Assembly (NCBI GenBank): GCA_913054425.1
Contig: CAJXJG010000001.1
Location: forward strand, 9,339-73,338
Length of the DNA: 64,000 bases
Direction of reading: 5' to 3'
Source of the DNA: an uncultured Fidelibacterota bacterium
GTDB lineage: Bacteria > Fidelibacterota > Marinisomatia > Marinisomatales > UBA8229
The notes beneath the pieces were generated by a model. The model did no database searches and had not been told where the DNA came from. It saw only the letters and a program-made list of their open reading frames with translations. Shown here in pieces: positions 11,863-21,244 of the stretch. The stretch's first letter is position 1. Each line of letters starts with the position of its first letter. The translations under genes and the position numbers were made by a program.

Positions 11863-14370
11863 ATGGACATAGCTAGGGACAACACTTTTCCACGAGACAT
11901 CGTGGATGAAATGAAGGAAAGCTATCTTAACTATTCTATGTCTGTGATAGTTTCTAGGGCTCTTCCCGATGTTAGGGATGGCCTGAAGCCCGTCCACAGG
12001 CGGATATTATATGGAATGAACGACCTTGCTGCCGGGTGGAACAGGCCGTATAAAAAGTCTGCTAGAATAGTAGGAGAGGTCATGGGAAAATACCACCCGC
12101 ACGGTGACTCCGCAATATATGACGCCCTGGTTCGAATGGCACAGGATTTTTCTATGCGTTATCAATTAATTGACGGACAAGGAAACTTTGGTTCTATAGA
12201 TGGAGATCGTGCGGCTGCCATGCGGTATACAGAATCAAGGATGACGAGGCTTGGGTCTGAGTTTTTACGGGATTTAGAAAAAGACACGGTTGACTGGGTT
12301 CCTAACTTTGATGAGTCTCTTCGTGAGCCGTCTCTTCTTCCAACAACTATTCCTGGGCTGCTGATAAACGGTTCTGAGGGAATAGCTGTTGGAATGGCGA
12401 CAAAGATTCCCCCACACAATTTGAACGAAGTGGTGGATGGGCTGGTTGCTCTAATTGACAACAGTGACACCTCTTTGGATGATTTGATAAGTAAAATTCC
12501 CGGCCCAGATTTTCCGACAGGCGGAATGATGCTGGGAACTGATGGCGTTAGGTCTGCTTACGAAAGCGGCCGGGGAAAAATAAAGATTCGTGGGCGAGCA
12601 CACATAGAAACCAGAGAAAGTGGAAAGGAAAGCATTATAATTACTGAAATACCTTTTCAGGTTAACAAGGCAAAACTAATTGAAAAAATCGCGGATCTTG
12701 TTAGAGATAAAAAGATAGAGGGCATCAGCGACCTTAGAGACGAATCTGATAAAGATGGAATGAGAATTGTTATAGAAACTAAAAGGGGGTCGGTACCAGA
12801 AGTTATTTTGAATCTACTGTATAAACACACCCAGTTACAGGACACCTTTGGTATTATTCTTTTGGCTCTTATTGGCGGGGTTCCGCGAGTTATGGGTCTT
12901 GCGGAAATACTCCAGCACTTTATTGATTTTCGTCATGGAATAGTTATCCGAAGGACGGAGTTTGAGCTAAGGGAAGCAGAAGCCAGAGCACACATATTAG
13001 AAGGTCTTAAGATTGCGCTAGATAATATTGATGATGTTATTGTCATCATAAGAGGAAGCAAGGACCCAGTTCAGGCGAAAGAAGGGCTGATGAATGGTTT
13101 TGATCTCTCGGAAACCCAGTCTCAGGCAATTCTTGATATGCGCCTCCAAAGATTAACAGGCCTAGAGGTAGATAAGGTTGTTACTGAATATAAGGAAATC
13201 ATTAAAAACATTTCTAAACTGAAGGGGATCTTGGAGAGCAAGTCTCAACGCATGAATATTATAAAACAAGAGTTGTTAGAAATCAGAGATCAGTTTGGAG
13301 ACGAAAGGCGGACTGAAATAGTAGATGTGATGACGGATTTCTCTATTGAGGATATGATTGCAGAGGAAGACATGGTAATCACCATTACTCACAGTGGCTA
13401 CATAAAACGGACTGCCGTGACAACATATCGATCGCAGCGCAGGGGGGGGCGCGGCGTCCAGGGTGCCGGATCCAGAGAGGAAGACTTTGTTCAGCACCTG
13501 TTTATAGCAAATACACATAATTATATGCTCTTTTTTACGGACAGGGGAAAGTGTTATTGGTTGAAGGTATATGATATTCCTCAGGGAGGCCGTGCGGCCA
13601 GAGGAAGAGCTGTTGTAAACCTTATTGGTTGTGAGCCCGGAGAAAAGGTAGAAGCCTTTGTTAGTATAAAAGAGTTTGACGATGAGCACTTTATTGCTAT
13701 GGCTACGAAAAATGGAATTGTTAAAAAGACGGCTCTTTCTGCTTATGGAAACCCACGGAAGGGTGGAATTTATGCGATAGAAATACGCGAGGACGACAGG
13801 CTAATAGAAGCCCGCATTACAGATGGCGAGAATGATATCCTGATTGGGACACGGGAAGGCAAATCAATCCGTTTCAGCGAGGGAGACATTCGTGCAACGG
13901 GGAGAAAAACAATGGGCGTAAAGGGAATAGCGCTCAGCTCGAAATCGGATTTTGTTGTTGGAATGCTTGTAGTAAAAAGGGAGGGAACTATTCTTGTTGC
14001 TACTGAAAAAGGCTATGGAAAGAGAACGGACGTTATTCAGTACCGCACACAAAAAAGAGGCGGAAAAGGGGTAATGACCATGCGGACGACAGATAAGACA
14101 GGGAAGATGGTTTCAATTATGGAGGTTGTGGACTCCGACGATTTAATTGTTATTACAAATAAGGGCGTGTTAATGCGCCAACCAATTGCAAAGATACGTA
14201 CAATTGGCAGGGTAACACAGGGAGTAAGGCTGGTAAAATTGGATAAAGGATCAACTATTTCCTCAATCACCCGGGTGATTCATGAAGATGAGGCCACAAG
14301 CAATAACAATAAAGAGGAAGACATTGAACAGAGCGCGAATGGTGAAGAAATTAATCAAAAAGAGCAGTGA
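11863..14370 (+). CDS. gyrA: DNA gyrase subunit A
   Basis: N-terminal [24 protein letters not shown] and active-site AAAMRYTE. A GyrA-box QRRGGRG at the start of the beta-pinwheel CTD distinguishes it from ParC. Confidence 0.97.
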   Translation: MDIARDNTFPRDIVDEMKESYLNYSMSVIVSRALPDVRDGLKPVHRRILYGMNDLAAGWNRPYKKSARIVGEVMGKYHPHGDSAIYDALVRMAQDFSMRYQLIDGQGNFGSIDGDRAAAMRYTESRMTRLGSEFLRDLEKDTVDWVPNFDESLREPSLLPTTIPGLLINGSEGIAVGMATKIPPHNLNEVVDGLVALIDNSDTSLDDLISKIPGPDFPTGGMMLGTDGVRSAYESGRGKIKIRGRAHIETRESGKESIIITEIPFQVNKAKLIEKIADLVRDKKIEGISDLRDESDKDGMRIVIETKRGSVPEVILNLLYKHTQLQDTFGIILLALIGGVPRVMGLAEILQHFIDFRHGIVIRRTEFELREAEARAHILEGLKIALDNIDDVIVIIRGSKDPVQAKEGLMNGFDLSETQSQAILDMRLQRLTGLEVDKVVTEYKEIIKNISKLKGILESKSQRMNIIKQELLEIRDQFGDERRTEIVDVMTDFSIEDMIAEEDMVITITHSGYIKRTAVTTYRSQRRGGRGVQGAGSREEDFVQHLFIANTHNYMLFFTDRGKCYWLKVYDIPQGGRAARGRAVVNLIGCEPGEKVEAFVSIKEFDDEHFIAMATKNGIVKKTALSAYGNPRKGGIYAIEIREDDRLIEARITDGENDILIGTREGKSIRFSEGDIRATGRKTMGVKGIALSSKSDFVVGMLVVKREGTILVATEKGYGKRTDVIQYRTQKRGGKGVMTMRTTDKTGKMVSIMEVVDSDDLIVITNKGVLMRQPIAKIRTIGRVTQGVRLVKLDKGSTISSITRVIHEDEATSNNNKEEDIEQSANGEEINQKEQ

Positions 14371-15074
14371 GCTTATCAAGTAGCCTTACAGAAATAAGGA
14401 AAAAAATAATAAGGGCACAGAGACGGGGTGGGTATAACCACCCCGTTTTGATTGTTGCTGTTACAAAAACACATCCGGCAGAGCTTATAGAACTTGCCTA
14501 TGCCAATGGAATAAGATGCATAGGTGAAAACAAGGTGCAGGAAGGGGAAGAGAAGTTCTCTTTGTTGCCCAATCTCCCAGGATTAAAAAAAAGGATGATC
14601 GGGCATCTCCAATCAAACAAGATTAACAAGGCAATCCGGTTGTTTGATTCAATTGATTCAATAAACAGCTTGAGATTGGCAGAGAAACTAAATATTCGTG
14701 CAAATAATTTCGGGAGAACCATTTCTGTTTTGTTGGAAGTAAATACAAGCGGTGAAAAAACAAAGTTTGGGTTTTCCCCTAAAACTATTGATGATATGTT
14801 GGCCGTCTGTGAATTGAACAGAATTGATGTTCAGGGTTTGATGACAGTTGGCCCCCTTACCTCCAATAAAAAAGAAATTAGAAATTCATTTATTTGTTTA
14901 AAAAAAGCCCGGGAGACCTTGAACTCTCAGTTGTCTGGATATATGCTTACAGATTTGTCTATGGGCATGAGCAATGATTACGAACTTGCTGTGGAAGAGG
15001 GTAGCACAATGGTGCGCCTGGGAGCAGCTTTGTTTGGTCCTCGCGGGGAATACTCAAAACAGAGACAAGAATGA
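14367..15074 (+). CDS. yggS: YggS-family pyridoxal-phosphate-binding (PLP homeostasis) protein
   Basis: GTG start overlapping the gyrA stop. 235 aa with VAVTKTHP (PLP lysine), [14 protein letters not shown] and the [12 protein letters not shown] block. Confidence 0.85.
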   Translation: MSLSSSLTEIRKKIIRAQRRGGYNHPVLIVAVTKTHPAELIELAYANGIRCIGENKVQEGEEKFSLLPNLPGLKKRMIGHLQSNKINKAIRLFDSIDSINSLRLAEKLNIRANNFGRTISVLLEVNTSGEKTKFGFSPKTIDDMLAVCELNRIDVQGLMTVGPLTSNKKEIRNSFICLKKARETLNSQLSGYMLTDLSMGMSNDYELAVEEGSTMVRLGAALFGPRGEYSKQRQE

Positions 15075-15628
15075 AGCTTTCCTCTTTTCATCATATCTAT
15101 TTATGTACAAACATAGCAAAACACCCACTGAAGGTTAACTCTTCTGTGAGATTTGCCGGGCATTTAATTTTAGATTATGGAAGGAAGAAGTTAATTTGTC
15201 CTGAAAAATTTACTGAAAACAAAATTTCACCTAAGTATTTCAAGAGGCTAAAGGATAAGCTAAATATCAATAATATTTTATTAATAGACAGGCTAGAACC
15301 GTCGGCGAAATTAGCATCAATTGTCGGGCATGTAAACCGATCTGGCTGTTCATTTCTTCGCGGAAGAACGCCCTATAAAAACTTCCCACAATTTTCTGAT
15401 ATGTCACATATTTATTCTCAAGTTAGTATGCTTCCGACAACAGTTGTTCATGCCTTAGGACCGGAAAGATTTATAAAACAACCAAAGGGGGGTGGGCTAG
15501 TCTGGGGCGAAGCCTCTGGTATAATTGCGGTGGTTGCTCATTATGTTGGCATAAGGGTGTTTGCTGTCGGTGCAGAAAGCAGCCAGGTAATAAAAAAGAC
15601 TTTGAAAGAGATAATTGATAGCAAATAA
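15071..15628 (+). CDS. hypothetical protein, divergent/truncated purine-nucleoside-phosphorylase-like (PNP_UDP superfamily)
   Basis: ATGA overlap with yggS. GHVNRSG..FLRG...FPQFSDMSHIY and GEASGIIAVVAHYVGIRVFAVG resemble the central and C-terminal blocks of PunA-type PNPs. The N-terminal phosphate-binding region is missing. Confidence 0.4.
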   Translation: MKLSSFHHIYLCTNIAKHPLKVNSSVRFAGHLILDYGRKKLICPEKFTENKISPKYFKRLKDKLNINNILLIDRLEPSAKLASIVGHVNRSGCSFLRGRTPYKNFPQFSDMSHIYSQVSMLPTTVVHALGPERFIKQPKGGGLVWGEASGIIAVVAHYVGIRVFAVGAESSQVIKKTLKEIIDSK

Positions 15629-15707
15629 ATGAAAACACACCGGAACACAATCTTTATTCTTTTACTATGTTCGTATGAACTTTTTGTTTCCAGTGCAGAA
15701 CATGGGG

Positions 15708-15725
15708 CGATTTTCCGGAAAAACG
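15708..15725. promoter_or_regulatory. near-perfect palindrome CGATTTTCCGGAAAAACG (core TTTTCCGGAAAA) upstream of aceE
   Basis: Read directly. It lies about 170 nt upstream of the aceE start, in a 262-nt non-coding gap. No regulator is assigned. Confidence 0.2.
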
Positions 15726-15890
15726 TGAATATTTCGTTATTGCCAGCCGTAGCATAAACAATTTCAAGGTAGGGCAGGGTTTCGATTAAAAAAGTTTAAA
15801 ATATAATTCTTGCTCTCTTTTTCTTTGTTGTGGAAAATAAGTAGATTTTCTTACGATTAACCGAGTAAAAAGGAAAAAGATAATAGTATT

Positions 15891-18545
15891 TTGATCCGAA
15901 ACAAAAAAGACATTGACCCAGAAGAAACACAAGAGTGGTTGGAGTCAATCAGCGATACTCTGGAGGTCCATGGAGCTGATCGCACTCAATATTTGCTTGA
16001 AAGATTAGTAAATTTTGCGCAGGAGCGTGGCGCCCGCCTTCCTTTTAATATAAACACTCCGTTTATAAATACTATTATGTTAGACAACCAGCCTAAATTT
16101 CCCGGAGACAGAAAAATAGAGCGGCGTATCAAATCACTTGTTCGGTGGAATGCTATGGCTATGGTGGTTCAGGCAAACAAAGAAACCCCGGGAATAGGAG
16201 GACACATTTCTACCTACGCTTCGTCTGCCACATTATATGAGATAGGATTCAATCATTTTTTCAAAGGTCCTGAATATCCCGGAGGTGCTGATTTAGTGTT
16301 TTTCCAGGGTCACGCGTCGCCGGGGATTTATGCCCGAGCCTTCATGGAAGGTCGGCTAACGAAAAACAATTTACATAATTTTCGAAGGGAACTTTCTTTG
16401 GATGGGGGCCTTTCATCTTATCCACACCCGCGTCTAATGTCTGATTTTTGGCAATTTGCTACAGTATCAATGGGCTTGGGAGCTCTTATGGCTATTTACC
16501 AGGCTCGTTTTCTGCATTATTTGATTGATCGTGGGATTATAGAAGATAGCGGTCGAAAGGTATGGGCGTTTTTGGGCGATGGCGAAATGGATGAGCCGGA
16601 ATCAAAAGGCGCTTTAACTTTGGCCGCGCGGGAAGTGCTTGACAACCTGATTTTTGTGATAAACTGTAATTTACAACGGCTGGACGGGCCCGTTCGGGGG
16701 AATAGTAAAATAGTTCAGGAGCTGGAGGGCGCTTTTCGGGGCGCGGGCTGGAACGTGATAAAGGTTATTTGGGGGTCAGATTGGGATCCTCTTTTGGAAC
16801 ACGAATCAAGAAATGCGTTGTTGCGAAGGATTGAAGAAGTTGTTGATGGAGACCTTCTTAAATATGTTGTAGAGGGCGGCAGCTATGTCCGGGAACATTT
16901 CTTTGGGAAAAACCCAGAACTATTGAGAATGGTAAGCCATATTAGTGATGATAAATTAGGCAAAATGCGCCTGGGTGGTCATGATCCAGAAAAAGTGTTT
17001 GCAGCCTATAGCGAAGCTGTGAGTTTTAAGGGGGCTCCAACAGTAATACTAGCAAGAACCATAAAAGGCTACGGAATGGGGGAGGCAGGCGAAGGAAGAA
17101 ACATTACCCATCAACAGAAAAAACTAAATGAAAAGGAGTTGTTAAATTTTCGGGATAGATTTAATGTTCCACTGTCTGATGATCAGGCTATGAAAGCGCC
17201 CTTTTTTAAACCACCCGAAGACAGCGAAGAAATGCAGTATTTAAAAAGATGTCGCCAAAAGCTAGGCGGTTTTCTGCCCTCAAGAAAGGATAATGCACAA
17301 AATTTGGATATACCGGATATTTCAATTTTTCAGGAATTGATGAACGGAACGGGGGAGAGGGAAATTTCCACTACAATGGCCTTTGTAAGGCTCCTAACCT
17401 TATTGACGAAAGATAAAAGAATAGGGAAATATATTGTTCCAATTGTTCCGGACGAAGCACGAACCTTTGGCATGGAGCCTCTTTTTAGAGAACTAGGGAT
17501 ATATGCTCACAAGGGGCAGTTATATGAGCCCGTAGATTCAGAACAGTTTTTATATTATAAGGAAGCAAAAGACGGACAAATACTGGAAGAAGGTATTAGT
17601 GAGGCTGGAGCGATTTCTTCTTTTATTGCTGCGGGGACAAGCTACAGCACAAACGGTATTAATATGGTTCCGTTCTATATTTATTACTCTATGTTTGGGT
17701 TTCAGCGTGTTTGGGACTTTATCTGGGCTGCGGGGGACATGTGTGTGCGTGGGTTTCTCATTGGTGGTACTGCAGGCAGGACCACTCTCAATGGTGAGGG
17801 GCTTCAACATCAGGATGGTCACAGCCACTTGGCAGCGGCAGCAACGCCAAACATTAAAGCATATGATTTGGCATATGCTTATGAAATCGCTATCGTTGTA
17901 GACAGAGGAATGAAAGAAATGTTTCAAGAAGAAAAAAATGTTATTTACTACCTGACCGTTGAAAACGAAAACTATCTTCATCCGCCAATACCAGACGGCG
18001 TGGCAAATGATGTTATTCGTGGTCTTTATAAAATTCATTCCACAGAAAAACCTACTGTTCGAATACTTGGAAGCGGTCCGCTTATGGGTGAAACATTGGC
18101 TGCGGCGAAACTTTTAGAAAAAGACTGGGGAATTGAACCCGGCATATGGAATGTAACCAGCTTTAGTGAACTGAGAAGAGACGCTGAAGAAGTAGAGCGC
18201 TGGAACCTAATAAACCCGGATAAAAAACCAAAGAAGTCTCATCTGGAGAAATGTTTGAGTAAACACAGTGTCCCGACAATTGCTGTGTCTGATTATGTTA
18301 AAATGGTTTCTGAACAAATCGGCCCTTATGTTCCTGGGTCTTATTATGCGCTTGGAACAGATGGGTTTGGTCGTAGCGACACAAGAGAAAACTTGCGGCA
18401 TTATTTTGAGGTTGACCGTTATTATATTGTACTAACAGCCATCCGGGCATTGGCGATTGACGGTAAGCTTGATATGAAAGTAGCTGAAGAGGTGATGAAG
18501 AAATATAATATTGATAAGGATAAACCAAGTCCAATAACGGTATAG
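15891..18545 (+). CDS. aceE: pyruvate dehydrogenase E1 component, homodimeric type
   Basis: TTG start; the in-frame TAA at 15858 limits any N-terminal extension. 884 aa. The N-terminus aligns with the AceE DIDPEETQEWLESI block, and the ThDP motif is GDGEMDEPES...NCNLQRLDGPV. Confidence 0.95.
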   Translation: MIRNKKDIDPEETQEWLESISDTLEVHGADRTQYLLERLVNFAQERGARLPFNINTPFINTIMLDNQPKFPGDRKIERRIKSLVRWNAMAMVVQANKETPGIGGHISTYASSATLYEIGFNHFFKGPEYPGGADLVFFQGHASPGIYARAFMEGRLTKNNLHNFRRELSLDGGLSSYPHPRLMSDFWQFATVSMGLGALMAIYQARFLHYLIDRGIIEDSGRKVWAFLGDGEMDEPESKGALTLAAREVLDNLIFVINCNLQRLDGPVRGNSKIVQELEGAFRGAGWNVIKVIWGSDWDPLLEHESRNALLRRIEEVVDGDLLKYVVEGGSYVREHFFGKNPELLRMVSHISDDKLGKMRLGGHDPEKVFAAYSEAVSFKGAPTVILARTIKGYGMGEAGEGRNITHQQKKLNEKELLNFRDRFNVPLSDDQAMKAPFFKPPEDSEEMQYLKRCRQKLGGFLPSRKDNAQNLDIPDISIFQELMNGTGEREISTTMAFVRLLTLLTKDKRIGKYIVPIVPDEARTFGMEPLFRELGIYAHKGQLYEPVDSEQFLYYKEAKDGQILEEGISEAGAISSFIAAGTSYSTNGINMVPFYIYYSMFGFQRVWDFIWAAGDMCVRGFLIGGTAGRTTLNGEGLQHQDGHSHLAAAATPNIKAYDLAYAYEIAIVVDRGMKEMFQEEKNVIYYLTVENENYLHPPIPDGVANDVIRGLYKIHSTEKPTVRILGSGPLMGETLAAAKLLEKDWGIEPGIWNVTSFSELRRDAEEVERWNLINPDKKPKKSHLEKCLSKHSVPTIAVSDYVKMVSEQIGPYVPGSYYALGTDGFGRSDTRENLRHYFEVDRYYIVLTAIRALAIDGKLDMKVAEEVMKKYNIDKDKPSPITV

Positions 18546-18554
18546 GATGTTAAC

Positions 18555-19790
18555 TTGATAAAAGATATCGTATTACCTCGGCTTGGCGAAGGAATCGAGG
18601 GAGCCGAAGTTAGCGAGGTCACAGTCGTGGTGGGTGATACTATAAAAAAAGACGATACTATTGTTGTTCTAGAATCAGAAAAAGCGTCTATGGAAATCCC
18701 TGCTGGGGTTGATGGAAAAGTTGTAAGAATTTTTATAAAAGATGGAGAGGAAGTTCGTACAGGTGAAATATTAATCCAGATTAATCTTAAAGGCAGTGAT
18801 AAGAGAGCAGAAGAGAAAACCGCTCAAAAGGAAGAAAAATATAAACCCATAGTTAAACAGCCTAATATACAACCAGCTAAGCAGCTCAAGACGGGACATT
18901 CCTTTGCCAGCCCGAGTGTCCGTCGCCTTTCTCGGGAACTGGAGATTGATCTGAAAGTCATTAATGGGTCGGGCCCGAAAGGACGCACCACCAAAGAGGA
19001 CCTTCATGGCTACATTAAAAGTCAACTAGCAAAAGCATCCGGTGGATTGTCGCCAATAGAGAAACAAAAAATTGATTTTTCTCAATGGGGAGAAATTGAG
19101 ATAAAACCCCTGACAAAGGTAAACCAGATCACCGGGGACCGGCTGCAAAGGGCTTGGCAGACTATTCCCCATGTAACCCAATTTGATGAAGCGGATATAA
19201 CTGATTTAGATTCATACAGAAAGAAATTAAAAGCCAAAACAACAAAGAAGGACGTTAAAGTTACGTTTTTACCGTTTTTGATGAAAGCGGCTGCAAAGAT
19301 GTTACACGAAATGAATATTTTTAATAGTTCGTTGGATTATACGGGCAAAAACATGGTCATAAAAAAATATATTCATATTGGAGTAGCGGTGGATACACCC
19401 TCGGGGCTCAGGGTTCCGGTAATTCGGGATGTGAACAAGAAGTCTCTTTTAGAATTATCAAAAGAATTGATGGATGTGAGCGAAAGGGCAAGAGCCAAGA
19501 GGCTGACACCAGATGAGATGAGAGGAGGTTCTTTTACTGTTTCTAGCCTGGGCGGAATAGGGGGGACATATTTCACACCAATAGTAAACCCCCCTGAAGT
19601 GGCTATAATGGGAGTATCTCGAAGCAGGTGGAGGAACGCTTTCGATGAAAAAACACTTGAATTTGCTCCCAGACTTATCATGCCGTTTTCTCTTTCTTAT
19701 GATCACCGCGTAATAGATGGGGCTGCTGCCGCAGCGTTTACATCCCGCTTTGCAGGTCTTTTATCTGAAGTGTCATTTTTTAAAGAATAA
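18555..19790 (+). CDS. aceF: dihydrolipoamide acetyltransferase E2 (single lipoyl domain)
   Basis: TTG start. Lipoyl site LESEKASMEIPA, E3-binding domain ASPSVRRLSRELEIDL and catalytic DHRVIDGA. Confidence 0.9.
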   Translation: MIKDIVLPRLGEGIEGAEVSEVTVVVGDTIKKDDTIVVLESEKASMEIPAGVDGKVVRIFIKDGEEVRTGEILIQINLKGSDKRAEEKTAQKEEKYKPIVKQPNIQPAKQLKTGHSFASPSVRRLSRELEIDLKVINGSGPKGRTTKEDLHGYIKSQLAKASGGLSPIEKQKIDFSQWGEIEIKPLTKVNQITGDRLQRAWQTIPHVTQFDEADITDLDSYRKKLKAKTTKKDVKVTFLPFLMKAAAKMLHEMNIFNSSLDYTGKNMVIKKYIHIGVAVDTPSGLRVPVIRDVNKKSLLELSKELMDVSERARAKRLTPDEMRGGSFTVSSLGGIGGTYFTPIVNPPEVAIMGVSRSRWRNAFDEKTLEFAPRLIMPFSLSYDHRVIDGAAAAAFTSRFAGLLSEVSFFKE

Positions 19791-19809
19791 AATATGTGGT
19801 TTACTTTAA

Positions 19810-21219
19810 ATGTCAATAAAAGAACACGCTGAGGTTGTTGTTATAGGGGCTGGTCCCGGAGGGTATGCCGCAGCGTTTCGTGCCGCAGACCTGGGCAAAA
19901 AAGTGTTGCTGGTCGATAGTGATAAGGAACTTGGGGGTGTATGTCTTAACCGGGGCTGTATTCCCTCTAAGGCTTTGTTGCATATTTCAAAGGTTATAGA
20001 AGAAGCAAAGGGTCTTTCCACAAGAGGAGTGACCTTTGGGGCGCCTGTCCTTGATATTGATGCAGTACGGTCTTATAAGGAAAAGATTGTTTTACAGTTG
20101 AATGGCGGCATTGCCCAGATGGCAAAAGCCCGCAATGTGAAGATTCAAAGAGGCCAGGCAAAATTTAATTCTAACGATGAATTGTTGGTTAAGTTAGAGA
20201 ATAAACACATCTCTGTCAGCTTTGATCATTGTATTGTTGCTGGAGGATCGGTGTCAGTAATGGTACCTGGAATTCCCACAGGACACCCTTCTGTAATGAC
20301 ATCCCGGGCTGCCTTGGAACTGAAAGATATACCGGAAAGTCTGATGGTGGTTGGTGGTGGGGTTATAGGGCTGGAATTGGGCCAGGTCTACGCAGCCCTA
20401 GGCTCTAAGATCACGGTGGTAGAATTTATGCCCCAACTATTGTCAGGAATAGATATGGATTTGGTGAAACCTCTTCAGAAGAGATTAGAAAAACAATTTG
20501 AATCCATCTTTGTTTCTACAAAGGTGTCCAGGGTTATTCCAGGTGAAAGTGGAGAATTAAGAGTGTTCATGAGTTCGAACGGAGAGAAAATAGAAAAAAA
20601 TGTTCAAAAGGTTTTAGTATCGGTAGGCCGCAAGCCAAATTCTGATATATTATGTCTCGAGAAAACAGACATTAAAGTAGATGGAGGCGGATTTATAACT
20701 GTTGATGAACATCAGAGGACATCTGTCCACAATATCTATGCCATTGGTGATATAGCGGGCAAACCGCTATTGGCACATAAAGCGACCCACGAGGGGAAAG
20801 TAGCGGCAGAGAGTCTATGTGGTTTATCAGCCTCGTTTGATAAAAAAGCAATACCCTCTGTAATATATACTGATCCGGAGATTGCTTGGGCAGGAATAAC
20901 AGAGACAGAAGCAAAGGAGCAGGGTGTTTCTTACAAAAAGGGAAACTTCCCCTGGACTGCAAATGGTCGTGCAACTGTTATAGGAGCTACCGATGGAATA
21001 ACAAAAATCATATTTGATTCCGACACGGACAAAATTATTGGTATTGGCATTGTAGGTACTGGTGCAGGGGACCTGATTTCAGAGGGAGTTCTGGCCATTG
21101 AAATGGGCGCAGACGCAGAAGATATCGGTCTAACAGTTCATCCCCACCCAACTATGAGCGAAACTATTGGAAATGCTTCTGAGGTGGTAACAGGAACAGT
21201 AACAGATATATATTTATAA
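19810..21219 (+). CDS. lpdA: dihydrolipoyl dehydrogenase E3
   Basis: GAGPGGY FAD fold, redox-active GGVCLNRGCIPSK and the C-terminal HPHPTMSE interface motif. Confidence 0.93.
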   Translation: MSIKEHAEVVVIGAGPGGYAAAFRAADLGKKVLLVDSDKELGGVCLNRGCIPSKALLHISKVIEEAKGLSTRGVTFGAPVLDIDAVRSYKEKIVLQLNGGIAQMAKARNVKIQRGQAKFNSNDELLVKLENKHISVSFDHCIVAGGSVSVMVPGIPTGHPSVMTSRAALELKDIPESLMVVGGGVIGLELGQVYAALGSKITVVEFMPQLLSGIDMDLVKPLQKRLEKQFESIFVSTKVSRVIPGESGELRVFMSSNGEKIEKNVQKVLVSVGRKPNSDILCLEKTDIKVDGGGFITVDEHQRTSVHNIYAIGDIAGKPLLAHKATHEGKVAAESLCGLSASFDKKAIPSVIYTDPEIAWAGITETEAKEQGVSYKKGNFPWTANGRATVIGATDGITKIIFDSDTDKIIGIGIVGTGAGDLISEGVLAIEMGADAEDIGLTVHPHPTMSETIGNASEVVTGTVTDIYL

Positions 21220-21244
21220 CATAAATATTAGTAGGAGAGATATC

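Noticed and set aside
13442-13449. G8 homopolymer in gyrA as a possible phase-variation tract
   Set aside because: It encodes the conserved GyrA-box residues (RRGGRG) of an essential gene. The run is better explained by Gly/Arg codon choice than by a contingency mechanism.
13276-13689. 137-aa minus-strand ORF inside gyrA
   Set aside because: It is a shadow ORF within the GyrA C-terminal domain.
15629-15757. 42-aa ORF (MKTHRNTIFILLLCSYELF...) starting right after the PNP-like gene stop
   Set aside because: It is too short, has no homology evidence, and its lipobox-like LLLC is non-canonical. It cannot be supported from sequence alone.
17550-18038. 162-aa antisense ORF, plus a 100-aa sense-strand out-of-frame ORF (17599-17901), inside aceE
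   Set aside because: Both lie entirely within a strongly supported, motif-rich AceE reading frame. Their composition is low-complexity and unlike real proteins. They are typical shadow ORFs.
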